Under the pieces are notes generated by a model. That model did no database searches. It was not told the origin of the DNA and saw only the letters and a program-made list of their open reading frames with translations. Position numbers and translations under genes: made by a program. From contig JAUSDY010000128.1 in assembly GCA_030650395.1 (NCBI GenBank), positions 13 to 64,012 of the forward strand: a stretch of 64,000 nt of DNA, in the 5' to 3' direction. This stretch comes from Acidobacteriota bacterium. GTDB taxonomy: Bacteria; Acidobacteriota; Vicinamibacteria; Vicinamibacterales; UBA2999. This document shows positions 16,529 through 25,360 of this stretch, piece by piece (positions within the stretch are counted from its first letter, which is position 1; every line of letters starts with the position of its first letter).

Positions 16529-17836
16529 TCACACGCTCGCGCGCCACATCTCGTCGACCCGGTCGCGAAGTCTGAGCGCCGCCTCGCGGTAGCTTTCGTC
16601 ATCGCCGAATGTCATCGGCTGTCCAAACGCCACGGTGATCCTGCAGCCGCTCCACGGCCACAACACGTGCCAGTTGAACGCACGGTTGCGGGGCCACAGC
16701 TCGTAGATGCCTTTGAGTGCCACCGGCACGATCGGCACACCCAGGTGCCGCGCCAGAATCGGCGCGCCCTTCTTGAATTTCTTCACCGTGCCGTCGATCG
16801 AGCGCTCCCCTTCCGGAAACAGCATCAGGATCTTGCCGTGCGTCAACCCGAACGCGCCCGCCTTCATCGCGGGCACCAGGTTCGAGTCGGGATCGACCGG
16901 CACGCAGTTGACCGTGCGTGCCACCCACTTGGTGAACGGCGTTTCGAAATATTCGACCGCGCCGACGAAGAACAGCCGGCGGAACGCGGGGTACGGCAGC
17001 GCGCCGCAGACGAACAGCGGATCGAGGTAGCTCTGGTGATTCGGGCAGACCAGGAACGATCCGCTTGCCGGCAGCGATTCCAGTCCCGACACGTCGACAC
17101 GGCAGATCATGCGCAGCACTCTTGCCGCGAGATATAGCAGGGGCGTGGCGAACGGCTTGCGCTCGAGAAGGCCGCTCAGGATCGGATCCGTATCCGGCGG
17201 CAAATCCTTCAGCATGACCGCCCAGGACCCGCCGGTGCCGCCGTCACGTGGCGACAAACCTTTAGGTTTGTCGATAGGCCTGACCGCTTCGACCAGCTGT
17301 CGAACAGTAAAGATCTCCGATGCCATCGTGCCGGCCACTTGCACCTGGAATCGGTGCTCGAGCTCAGTGAGCAGCTCGACGCGCTCCATTGAATCGAGCC
17401 CCAGGTCGATCTCGAGGTTGGCCTCGGGCGCGATACGTGCGCCCGCCCGAACGCGCGGCTGCATCACCGCGGCCGCGGCGGCGGCGTGCGGATCGTCCAG
17501 CCACCGCTGATCCTCGGCGGCCAGCGACACGTCGGGGCCAACCGTGCGCTGTCGCTCGCGGACGATCCGCTCGACCTCATCGCGCTTCACCTGGCTTGAC
17601 GTCGTGCGCGGTAACGGTTCGAACCAGACGTCGTAACTCAAGATGCGCTGATCGGAGGGCAGGCCGATCGAGAGACCTTCCATCTCGAAGCGCAGGATGT
17701 CGCCGACATTGACGATTCTCTTTTTGCGCACGAGGGCCATGTTCGGCACCACCACTGCGTGGCGGTCAAGAACACAAACCTCCTCGATGAATGCTGACTG
17801 CCGGTAGTGCGCTTCGATCGCGTCAGGATCGAACAC
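16529..17836 (-). CDS. Fusion protein: AMP-binding-enzyme C-terminal subdomain, carrier (PP-binding) domain and PlsC-type acyltransferase
   Basis: The N-terminal roughly 100 aa resemble only the C-terminal lobe of acyl-CoA ligases (LPRTTSSQVKRDEV). DLGLDSMERVELLTELE is a phosphopantetheine site. NHQSYLDP (H-x4-D) and FPEGERS are acyltransferase motifs. The GTG start lies directly after the cupin gene's stop. Confidence 0.7.
   Translation of the reverse strand: MFDPDAIEAHYRQSAFIEEVCVLDRHAVVVPNMALVRKKRIVNVGDILRFEMEGLSIGLPSDQRILSYDVWFEPLPRTTSSQVKRDEVERIVRERQRTVGPDVSLAAEDQRWLDDPHAAAAAAVMQPRVRAGARIAPEANLEIDLGLDSMERVELLTELEHRFQVQVAGTMASEIFTVRQLVEAVRPIDKPKGLSPRDGGTGGSWAVMLKDLPPDTDPILSGLLERKPFATPLLYLAARVLRMICRVDVSGLESLPASGSFLVCPNHQSYLDPLFVCGALPYPAFRRLFFVGAVEYFETPFTKWVARTVNCVPVDPDSNLVPAMKAGAFGLTHGKILMLFPEGERSIDGTVKKFKKGAPILARHLGVPIVPVALKGIYELWPRNRAFNWHVLWPWSGCRITVAFGQPMTFGDDESYREAALRLRDRVDEMWRASV
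17252..17273. repeat. Family A short hairpin CGACAAACC-TTTA-GGTTTGTCG, in frame in the acyltransferase fusion gene
   Basis: Read directly. It encodes IDKPKGLSP in the linker after the carrier domain. Confidence 0.9.
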
Positions 17837-17837
17837 G

Positions 17838-18329
17838 TTACTTCGGCGGCGCGAGCCACCGCACTTCGAGATAGGTAATCGTGCCGTCGACCACGGAGTA
17901 CCAATGAGGGGAGTTGGCGGGGATGATGATCACGTCGCCCTTGGCTACTTTCCTGGTCTCTCCGTTCTCGATCGTGTTGCCGCTGGGCGCCTTCGCAATC
18001 GTGCCGCCGGTCACGATGGTCCCGGATCCTTCGATGATGTAGTGAAGCTCGGTGTTGCCGGCATGCGCGATCGCGCCGGCCGGCCTGGCACGGTGGACGA
18101 TGTTGACGCGGTACTGATCGGTGTTGGCCACCGCCGACGTCGTCATGCCGCCCGTGGTGGCGGTTGCCTTGCGCAGCACTTCGGCCAGCTCTTGCGCGGA
18201 CTTGAACGTGCCGGCGGAGCCTGTCGGCGGGGCCGCTGGCGCCTGCTGCGCCGCCGCCAGGGTCGGCATCGCCAAGCTCAGCATGACCAGCCACATCACC
18301 GTGATGAAACGTCTCATTGATGCAGTCAA
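17838..18329 (-). CDS. Secreted cupin-domain protein
   Basis: Signal peptide, then HAGNTELHYIIEGSG...GDVIIIPANSPHW, a cupin two-motif pattern. Confidence 0.6.
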   Translation of the reverse strand: MTASMRRFITVMWLVMLSLAMPTLAAAQQAPAAPPTGSAGTFKSAQELAEVLRKATATTGGMTTSAVANTDQYRVNIVHRARPAGAIAHAGNTELHYIIEGSGTIVTGGTIAKAPSGNTIENGETRKVAKGDVIIIPANSPHWYSVVDGTITYLEVRWLAPPK

Positions 18330-18375
18330 TTGCGGACGGCTGAGTTATATCATTGCCGTCGATCCCGTGGGTTCG

Positions 18376-19662
18376 ATGCCATCGCACCGTCGCGCCGTTA
18401 TCTCGATAGTGGTCGTTCTCGCGACCGAGATCCCCGGCGTGTCTGCGCAAGTTCCGAAGCCCGGACCGATCCCTGCCGGTTCCGCCAGCATTGCCGGCAC
18501 GGTAGTCGACGCGCAGTCGAGCCAGCCGCTCGGTGACGTTGTGGTGAGGCTCGCGGAGTACCGCTCGCTGCGGTTCCTCGAGGTCAAGACCAACGCCGAC
18601 GGAGTCTTCGAGTTCGCCGGCATTGCCGATGGCGAATACTCGGTCCGCGCGTCCAACACCACACACGTGCCGCTGTGCTACGGCGCGACCGAGGCGTACC
18701 TGCCACGATGTACGAGCGTGACGGTAGTGCTCGATCAACGGCGATCCGGAATTGACTTTCGCCTCTCTCGCGGCGCCACGATCCGTGGACGCGTGGTTGA
18801 TCACGAGGGGCGCCCGAGCGCCCGAGCGAGCGTGCGGCTCGCGCATCGATTGAGCGACGTCGCGCTCGTGCCGGGAAACATGGCGACCACGAATCAGGAT
18901 GGCGAGTTCGAGCTCACCAGCCTGGGTGCGGGTGAGTGGGTGCTGGCGGTCGATGCGGTACGGCCGCCCGACCTGCCGCGGCTACCCACCACATACTACC
19001 CAGGTGTCTTGAGGCGCGAAGACGCGACAGAACTCGAGATCACGCCGGGCATGGTGATGAACGGCGTCACGATCGCGTTGCCGCGAGTGTCGGCGAGCTC
19101 AATCACCGCGCGCGTTTCGTCGGTCACGACGCCCATCGACGGAGTCACGGCGACATTGTTGAGGGTGGAGCCGCGCATGGTCCGGCGAATCACGCTTTCC
19201 GCCGACGGCGCTGGAACCGTGCGCGGTCTGCCGGACGGGCGCTACTTCATCTTTGCCCGGGGTCATTCCGGTGATGAGAAGCTCGTTGCGTTCGACCGTG
19301 TCGATGTCGTCGACGAGGAGCGCGAGCTTTCAATGTCGCTGCAACCGGCGGCGCGGATCACAGGCCGGATCGTGGCGCAGCGCGGCGGGCTCGCGCCGGT
19401 CGACGGCGTGCGTGTGGCGGCGGCCTGGATCGATCACGGCGTGCACGTCGACCCGCTGGTGCCCGATCAGGTCGAGGCGGGCCCCGACGGCTACTTCAGC
19501 GTCGACGGCCTGTTCGGCACGCGAACCATCCAGTTGATCGGCCTCGCGCCGGAATGGCAGGTCCAGTCGGTACTGCAAGGGCGCGCCGACATCACATCGA
19601 CCGGCGTCGACATGCTCGCGGGCACCACCGTTCAGCTTACGGTCGTCGTGGCACGGCGGTAG
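18376..19662 (+). CDS. Secreted carboxypeptidase-regulatory-like (CarboxypepD_reg) repeat protein
   Basis: Several repeats of the form G.V.D..G.P...A.V, such as IAGTVVDAQSSQPLGDVVVRL and IRGRVVDHEGRPSARASVRL. The start is trimmed to the ATG at 18376 to clear the opposite-strand cupin gene. Confidence 0.55.
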   Translation: MPSHRRAVISIVVVLATEIPGVSAQVPKPGPIPAGSASIAGTVVDAQSSQPLGDVVVRLAEYRSLRFLEVKTNADGVFEFAGIADGEYSVRASNTTHVPLCYGATEAYLPRCTSVTVVLDQRRSGIDFRLSRGATIRGRVVDHEGRPSARASVRLAHRLSDVALVPGNMATTNQDGEFELTSLGAGEWVLAVDAVRPPDLPRLPTTYYPGVLRREDATELEITPGMVMNGVTIALPRVSASSITARVSSVTTPIDGVTATLLRVEPRMVRRITLSADGAGTVRGLPDGRYFIFARGHSGDEKLVAFDRVDVVDEERELSMSLQPAARITGRIVAQRGGLAPVDGVRVAAAWIDHGVHVDPLVPDQVEAGPDGYFSVDGLFGTRTIQLIGLAPEWQVQSVLQGRADITSTGVDMLAGTTVQLTVVVARR

Positions 19663-19700
19663 CCGGACGGCCGCGCCAACAACGGTATGATGTTTCGTCG

Positions 19701-20672
19701 ATGCCAGCACCCCTCCGCATCGCCTTCCTCGGCTGCGGCTTCATCACGCGCGTCCATAGCCGCAACCTGAAGCGATTCCGCTCCGAGATCGTTTGCGGCT
19801 ACGCCAGCTGCGACCAGGCCAAGGCCGCCGCGTTCTGCGGCCAGTTCCGCGGCACGGGCAGCTATTCGGATTACGCCGACGCGATCAACGATCCGAACGT
19901 CGACGCCGTCGTGATTGCGGTGCCGCCGGCGTTCCACTTGAACCTCACGCTGCAGGCGCTCGCCGCCGGCAAGCACGTGCTGGTGGAGAAACCGGCGTTT
20001 CCGGCGATGGGCGATTACGAGACCGTGCGCGAGGCGCGCGATCGCGCGAGGCGCGTGGTGTTGATCGGCGAGAACGATCATTACAAGCCGCTGGCGATCA
20101 CACTGCGCAAGCTGCTGGCGGACGGCGTGATCGGCGAGATGGTGTTCGCCCACTTCAGCAGCATCGTCAAGCGGCTGAAGACCGCCGACGACTGGCGCAA
20201 CGACGAAAGCATGGCGGGCGGCGACGCGTTTTTCGAGGAAGGCATTCACTGGCTGCACCTGGCGTCGAGCCTGGGACCGAAGATCACGAACCTCACCGGC
20301 TACCGGCCGTCGGTTTCGCGCGACGGTCCCGATCGCCGCGCCAAGAGCATGATGGTCGCCTTCACTTACGACAACGGCGCGGTCGGCTCGCTCTATTACT
20401 CGCGTGAGATTCCGTCGCTGCTGAAAGGCCTGCGGCTCTCGAAGCTGATGGGACGAAAGGGCGTCATCACCTTTGAATCGAACGGCATCGTGCTGCTCGC
20501 CCGCGGGCAGGGATTTCCGCGGCTGATCTTCCCGGGCTTCCGCGATATGCGCGGTTACCAGGCGATGTACTTGGATTTCCGCCGGTCGATTCTCGCGGGC
20601 ACCGCGCCCGAGATGAGCCTCGAGCGCGCGATGGACGATCAACGGCTGATGGATCAGATCTACGCGCGGTGA
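19701..20672 (+). CDS. Gfo/Idh/MocA-family NAD(P)-dependent oxidoreductase
   Basis: LRIAFLGCGFITRVHSRNL Rossmann N-terminus, plus VLVEKP. The start is taken at the ATG at 19701. Confidence 0.8.
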   Translation: MPAPLRIAFLGCGFITRVHSRNLKRFRSEIVCGYASCDQAKAAAFCGQFRGTGSYSDYADAINDPNVDAVVIAVPPAFHLNLTLQALAAGKHVLVEKPAFPAMGDYETVREARDRARRVVLIGENDHYKPLAITLRKLLADGVIGEMVFAHFSSIVKRLKTADDWRNDESMAGGDAFFEEGIHWLHLASSLGPKITNLTGYRPSVSRDGPDRRAKSMMVAFTYDNGAVGSLYYSREIPSLLKGLRLSKLMGRKGVITFESNGIVLLARGQGFPRLIFPGFRDMRGYQAMYLDFRRSILAGTAPEMSLERAMDDQRLMDQIYAR

Positions 20673-22162
20673 CGAACACCTTCGACACAATCATCATCGG
20701 CAGCGGCGCCGGCGGGGGCACCATGGCGCGAGCCCTCGCCGACTCGGGCGCCCGCATCCTGGTGCTCGAGCGCGGCGACTACATCGTCCAGGAAGATCAC
20801 AACTGGAACCCTGACTCGGTCTGGAAGCAGCTGCGCTATCGCACCTCCGAAACGTGGCTGGACGAAACGGGCCAGCCGTTCCGGCCGTACACGCATTACT
20901 GCGTGGGCGGCAACACAAAGTTCTGGGGCACGGTGCTGTACCGGTTGCGGCGCGAAGACTTCAAGGCCGTCGAGCACATCGACGGCGTCTCGCCGGCGTG
21001 GCCGATCGATTACGACACGCTCGAGCCGTACTACGACCGCGCGGAACGGCTCTACAACGTTCACGGGCAGCACGGCATCGACCCGACCGAGCCCCCGCGA
21101 GGGCCCTATCCCTATCCACCGGTCGCGCACTCAACGGTCGTGCAGGGCATCGTCAATCAGCTGCAACATCAGGGCCTGCATCCCTCGCCGCTGCCGCTCG
21201 GCCTGCTCGAAGGCTGCATCCTCTGCAACACCTGCAATTCGTTTCCGTGCAAGATCCACGCGAAGAGTGACGCGGATGTTTGCGGCATCCGCCCGGCGAT
21301 CGAACACGCCAACGTGACGTTGTGGACGAATGCGAAGGCCCGCCGGTTGTTCACGGACGCCAGCGGCAAACGCATCGAGGCGGTCGAGGTCGAGCGCCAG
21401 GGCGAGACCCTCCGGGTGTCGGCGCCGCTGGTAATTGTGTCGTGCGGCGCGGTCAACTCGGCTGCGCTGCTGTTGCGATCGGCCAACGACAAACATCCCG
21501 ACGGCCTGGCAAATTCGTCGGGCCTCGTAGGCCGGCGCTACATGGCGCACCTGGCGACGATGATGCAGGGGTTTCATCCGTTTCGGCGCAACGACACGGT
21601 GTTCCAGAAGACCGTGGCGATTAACGACTTCTACCTCGAGGGTCCGAATACGAAATACCCGCTCGGCCAGATCCAGTCGCAGGGCCGGACGCACGGCGTG
21701 ATGGCGCAAACGGTCGTGCCGTCGGTGCCGGTGTGGTTCTACGACGCGTGGGTCGCGCGCGGCGTCGACTGGCTGGCGATGTCAGAAGACCTGCCGCACC
21801 CGGACAATCGCGTGACGATCGAGAAGGACGGCAAGATTCGCCTGACGTATCGCGCCAACAACCTCATCGCGCACGCGCAGCTGGTCAAGGAAACAAAACG
21901 GATCCTGCGGCGACTCGGCTACTGGATGGTGGTGACGCATTCGCACAAGGCGAAGAACACCACGCACCAGTGCGGCACGCTGGTGTTTGGGACCGATCCG
22001 CGCCAGTCGGTGCTGGACCCGTTCTGCCGCACCCACGACATCGATAACCTGTTCGTCGTCGACGCGTCGTTCTTCCCCTCGTCGGCCGCCGTGAACCCCG
22101 GCCTGACGATCGCCGCCCAAGCCTTGCGCGTCGCCGAACACATTCGCAGCATCCATCTGTAG
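20669..22162 (+). CDS. GMC-family FAD-dependent oxidoreductase
   Basis: FDTIIIGSGAGGGTMARALADSGARILVLERG, and a C-terminal DASFFPSSAAVNPGLTIAA. 4-nt overlap with the upstream gene. Confidence 0.85.
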   Translation: MTNTFDTIIIGSGAGGGTMARALADSGARILVLERGDYIVQEDHNWNPDSVWKQLRYRTSETWLDETGQPFRPYTHYCVGGNTKFWGTVLYRLRREDFKAVEHIDGVSPAWPIDYDTLEPYYDRAERLYNVHGQHGIDPTEPPRGPYPYPPVAHSTVVQGIVNQLQHQGLHPSPLPLGLLEGCILCNTCNSFPCKIHAKSDADVCGIRPAIEHANVTLWTNAKARRLFTDASGKRIEAVEVERQGETLRVSAPLVIVSCGAVNSAALLLRSANDKHPDGLANSSGLVGRRYMAHLATMMQGFHPFRRNDTVFQKTVAINDFYLEGPNTKYPLGQIQSQGRTHGVMAQTVVPSVPVWFYDAWVARGVDWLAMSEDLPHPDNRVTIEKDGKIRLTYRANNLIAHAQLVKETKRILRRLGYWMVVTHSHKAKNTTHQCGTLVFGTDPRQSVLDPFCRTHDIDNLFVVDASFFPSSAAVNPGLTIAAQALRVAEHIRSIHL

Positions 22163-22221
22163 TCCCACACCGGCGTCGCGCCGGCAGCGCACGAGAGGCC
22201 CGGCCCGCACTCGCTCTCGTT

Positions 22222-22369
22222 CGCCGGACAAATGTCGCTCGGCGCATTAAGCGCTGGAGCGATGGACGTCTAATCCCGCAACGGCGCCTGCGCAGCCTAC
22301 GCTCGGCGAGTTGCGTTCTTGGCGTCCATAGCCCAAGAGCCTAATCCGGCGAGTGAGATTTGTCCGGCG
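22222..22369. repeat. 148-nt rod-like nested inverted repeat (candidate structured RNA or MITE)
   Basis: The outer arms are CGCCGGACAAATGTCGCTCGGCG (22222-22244) and CCGGCGAGTGAGATTTGTCCGGCG (22346-22369), with about 21 of 23 positions pairing. The inner pairs are ATGGACG/CGTCCAT and CGCAAC/GTTGCG. Lies in the intergenic region upstream of the VOC gene. Confidence 0.7.
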
Positions 22370-22460
22370 AAGGAGGGCGAACGCCGGAAGACACGTTCCC
22401 GCGTCTGTGCGCCAAGGCGTCCTCACCCGATGCGCCGGGAGCTAGTCGGGCGGATAATGG

Positions 22461-23018
22461 GTGCGCATGAAAGCGCGATCCTTCAGCCACGTCGGCATCA
22501 CGGTCCGGGACTTCAACACGTTCGTGCGGTTCTATTGGGATGTGTTCGGCTGCCCGCTCGTCGGCGTCTCCGACACGCCGCCCGATCGGGTCCGCAGTTT
22601 CTTTGGCGTCGACCCCTCGACTGCGCTCGGGGCAGGTGCCCCAGAGCCGACCTGCAAGATTGGATGGATCCGCGCTCCCGGCGGGGCCGTACTCGAGATC
22701 TTCGAGTTCCAGCCGCAGCAGCCGCTCGCGCAGGGGCCGTGGAACCGCGTCGGCCTCACCCACTTCAGCGTCAACGTTCGCAACACGCAGAAGTGGTACG
22801 ACTATCTGGTCAGCAAGGGCGTCGAAGTGGTGTCGAAGCCGGAGCGATCGCCGCGCGGCCACACTTTCTTTTTCGCGAAGGATTGCGACGGCAACCTGAT
22901 CGAGCTGATGGATCTCGGCTACATGTACTACGTGCTCGATTGGCTCGGGCCGCTCGGGGGCTTCATTTTCCGCCGGGGTATGTACAAGAAGTATTACGAA
23001 CCGTCCAAGAACGAATAA
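22461..23018 (+). CDS. VOC (glyoxalase/bleomycin-resistance/dioxygenase) family protein
   Basis: FSHVGITVRDFNTFVRFYWDVFGCPLV...THFSVNV...FFFAKDCDGNLIEL. Confidence 0.8.
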   Translation: MRMKARSFSHVGITVRDFNTFVRFYWDVFGCPLVGVSDTPPDRVRSFFGVDPSTALGAGAPEPTCKIGWIRAPGGAVLEIFEFQPQQPLAQGPWNRVGLTHFSVNVRNTQKWYDYLVSKGVEVVSKPERSPRGHTFFFAKDCDGNLIELMDLGYMYYVLDWLGPLGGFIFRRGMYKKYYEPSKNE

Positions 23019-23090
23019 CCAATAACAAATAACCAAAAGAGCGTGCGTTTTTGTTATTCGTAATTGGTTATTGGTTATTCCTCTCCGGGG
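23013..23090. terminator. Long AT-rich hairpin built from GGTTATT/AATAACC words; bidirectional terminator candidate
   Basis: The outer 14 bp (GAATAACCAATAAC / GTTATTGGTTATTC) are perfectly complementary. The stop codons of both convergent genes (23016-23018 and 23068-23070) lie inside the arms. Confidence 0.6.
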
Positions 23091-23565
23091 CCGGTATGCG
23101 GAGGAATTGGAAAGCGAGGTTGGAGACCAGGCAGTACCCGACGAAGTAATAGAAGCCGGCGCCGATGACGGCATCGAGGTTGTCGGTCGCCTTCGAGGCC
23201 AGGAAGGCGATGAACACGCCCACCGCGAACACATCGGCCATCGCCCACTTGCTGATCGATCTCACGAACAGGTAGAGCCGGTACTTGGTCTGGGGCGACT
23301 TGATCGCCAGCATCACGCCGAGCAACGCCGCCTTGATGAACGGCACGATGACGCTGAAGAGCAGCACCAGCCCGGCCACGAAATAGTTGCCCGATTCGTA
23401 CAGGCTCTTTACCGCCTGCAGGACGTTTTGCGTTTGCCGGAAGATTTCCTTGTTGAACACCGGCAGCGTCGCCGTGATGGTGAGCGCCGGCTGCAACAGG
23501 CCCGGCACCAGCAGGATCAGTGACACGAGCGTAAGGGCGATGGCCGCCATGTTCCGGGTTGTCAT
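23068..23565 (-). CDS. Paraquat-inducible protein A (PqiA) family membrane protein, single module
   Basis: 165 aa with four hydrophobic segments. The motifs FSVIVPFIKA and SKWAMADVF are typical of PqiA. Confidence 0.6.
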   Translation of the reverse strand: MTTRNMAAIALTLVSLILLVPGLLQPALTITATLPVFNKEIFRQTQNVLQAVKSLYESGNYFVAGLVLLFSVIVPFIKAALLGVMLAIKSPQTKYRLYLFVRSISKWAMADVFAVGVFIAFLASKATDNLDAVIGAGFYYFVGYCLVSNLAFQFLRIPAPERNNQ

Positions 23566-23590
23566 CCGGGCAATCTAACCTACCCTGAGG

Positions 23591-23653
23591 GAAAAAACAG
23601 GAGGATCAGAAGATCAGGAGTAATTATTTCTCCTGATCTCGTGGCCCTCCTGT
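23591..23653 (-). terminator. Rho-independent terminator of the 23666-24862 gene
   Basis: The arms are ACAGGAGGATCAGAAGATCAGGAG and CTCCTGATCTCGTGGCCCTCCTGT. On the minus strand a TTTTTT run follows (plus-strand gaaaaaac at 23591-23598). Confidence 0.65.
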
Positions 23654-23665
23654 GAAGTCTGGCTT

Positions 23666-24862
23666 TTATCGGCGAGATGGATATGTTTTCGACTGCTGCG
23701 CCACGAGATCGATCAGGTTCCCCATCGCGAGGTTGACGTCGATCAGGTGCAGGCCCCAATTGGCCAGCGGCTTTCCGACCGCGCCAAGATCGCCGGTGAT
23801 GTCGTCGACACGCGCGTCGGCCGGATTGCCGTTGACGGTGATCTCGAGGTAGGTCGCGTTCTCGTTGGTCGCGCACTTCGCGGTTAACAGACCAGGCACG
23901 CCCACCCACGGCGTGTCGATGGTCTTATCCGTGGCCCACGGTTTCAGCGCGACGGTGCCGGTGATGTTCCGCCCGCTATTCGAAAGGTAGGCGCGCAGCG
24001 GCGTGCTGCCCTCGCCGAGCGTGACGGGGTTGGTGCACGAGCCGGAATTGGCCGCCGGATCCTGCGCCTTGCCGAACAGCGTATTGGGAGGCGGTGTCAC
24101 CGTCGATCGGAACGCCGAGAAGTTCACCGCGCAGCCGATCTGTCCCGGCTTGCGGCAGAGCGGGATCGACTTGAAGGCGCCGCCCACATCCTTGCCCTTC
24201 GGCGTTTCAAGGGTCGCGCCGAGGATCAATGCCGAGACGAGCTGTTTCTGAACAGGCTTGCCTTCAACTTCCTGCCGGATCAGCTCCATCAGCACGTATG
24301 AGCCTTGCGAGTGGCCGACGATCACGACGCCGCGGCCCTGGTTGTCGTGCTGCAGGTAATGCCGCCAGGCATCGCGCACATCGTCGTACTGCACGCCACG
24401 CTCGAACGAAAAGCTGGCGCCCGCCAGGCGCTTGCGCAGGCCGACGAGTGTGAGCTGCCTGTAGAGCGGCGCGTAGGGGCGGCACACCGACGAAAAGCGC
24501 GCGAACTGTTGCGCCACCACGTTTACTTCCGCCGGGTCCGCCGTCATGTCGCTGTTGTCGGTCGGGTCGGTCGAAATCGTCGGGTAGACGTAGAAGCAGT
24601 CGATCGGTGCCTTGGGATTGGCGGCAAACGTCTCGCGCGTCAGCGTGCCGTCGGCGGCCACGACCGTCGTCGTGAGATCGATGTCGCAGGCGTCGCCTTT
24701 GCGGCCCGGCCGGCACAGCCAGTTCTTGCCGTCGCCGTAATCGTTGGGCTTGACCGCTTCCGTGGCGGCCGGCTGCGCCGCCGCCGGCGCTTGCGCCGTC
24801 ACGGTCCACGCCTCGGCCGCCGTCATGATCATTGCCAGAGTCAGAAAGATGTATCGCGCCAC
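23666..24862 (-). CDS. Secreted alpha/beta-hydrolase-like protein (DUF3089-like)
   Basis: Signal peptide, and VVIVGHSQGSYVL (G-x-S-x-G). The family assignment is from memory only. Confidence 0.5.
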   Translation of the reverse strand: MARYIFLTLAMIMTAAEAWTVTAQAPAAAQPAATEAVKPNDYGDGKNWLCRPGRKGDACDIDLTTTVVAADGTLTRETFAANPKAPIDCFYVYPTISTDPTDNSDMTADPAEVNVVAQQFARFSSVCRPYAPLYRQLTLVGLRKRLAGASFSFERGVQYDDVRDAWRHYLQHDNQGRGVVIVGHSQGSYVLMELIRQEVEGKPVQKQLVSALILGATLETPKGKDVGGAFKSIPLCRKPGQIGCAVNFSAFRSTVTPPPNTLFGKAQDPAANSGSCTNPVTLGEGSTPLRAYLSNSGRNITGTVALKPWATDKTIDTPWVGVPGLLTAKCATNENATYLEITVNGNPADARVDDITGDLGAVGKPLANWGLHLIDVNLAMGNLIDLVAQQSKTYPSRR

Positions 24863-24928
24863 GAACCCTCCCTTGATGCGTCCACTAAATCATCAAATCC
24901 CCAGATCAGCAAATGCTAGAATCCCGCC

Positions 24929-25360
24929 GTGAGAACCCTCTCCATTATGCTGATCGCCGGCACCATGATGGTGCAGACCGCTCCGCCGCGGCCGCCAATG
25001 CGAAACGTTGGCACCATGAGCGAGCTCATGGTGCGAATTCTTTATCCGAACTCCGACGCGCTCTTCTACATCGAAACCCGCACGCCAAAAACCGAAAGCG
25101 AGTGGGGCACGCTCGAAGGCCAGACGCTGGTGCTCGCCGAGTCGGCCAACTTGTTGATGATGCCCGGCCGCGCGCGCGATCAAAAACAATGGATGGATGA
25201 TTCGAAGCTGCTGCTCGAGGCCGGCACGGCGGCGTTAGCCGCGGTGAAGGCCAAGGACGTCGCCGCCATTTCCGCGCTGAGCGATCAACTGCTGGAATCG
25301 TGCACCTCGTGCCACCGGCATTACAGGCCCAACTACGGAACACCGAAGCCACCGGGTTAG
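24929..25360 (+). CDS. Class II c-type cytochrome (cytochrome c-prime-like)
   Basis: About 140 aa. Signal peptide, predicted helical, and a single C-terminal CTSCH (CxxCH) haem site, which is the class II arrangement. Confidence 0.55.
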   Translation: MRTLSIMLIAGTMMVQTAPPRPPMRNVGTMSELMVRILYPNSDALFYIETRTPKTESEWGTLEGQTLVLAESANLLMMPGRARDQKQWMDDSKLLLEAGTAALAAVKAKDVAAISALSDQLLESCTSCHRHYRPNYGTPKPPG

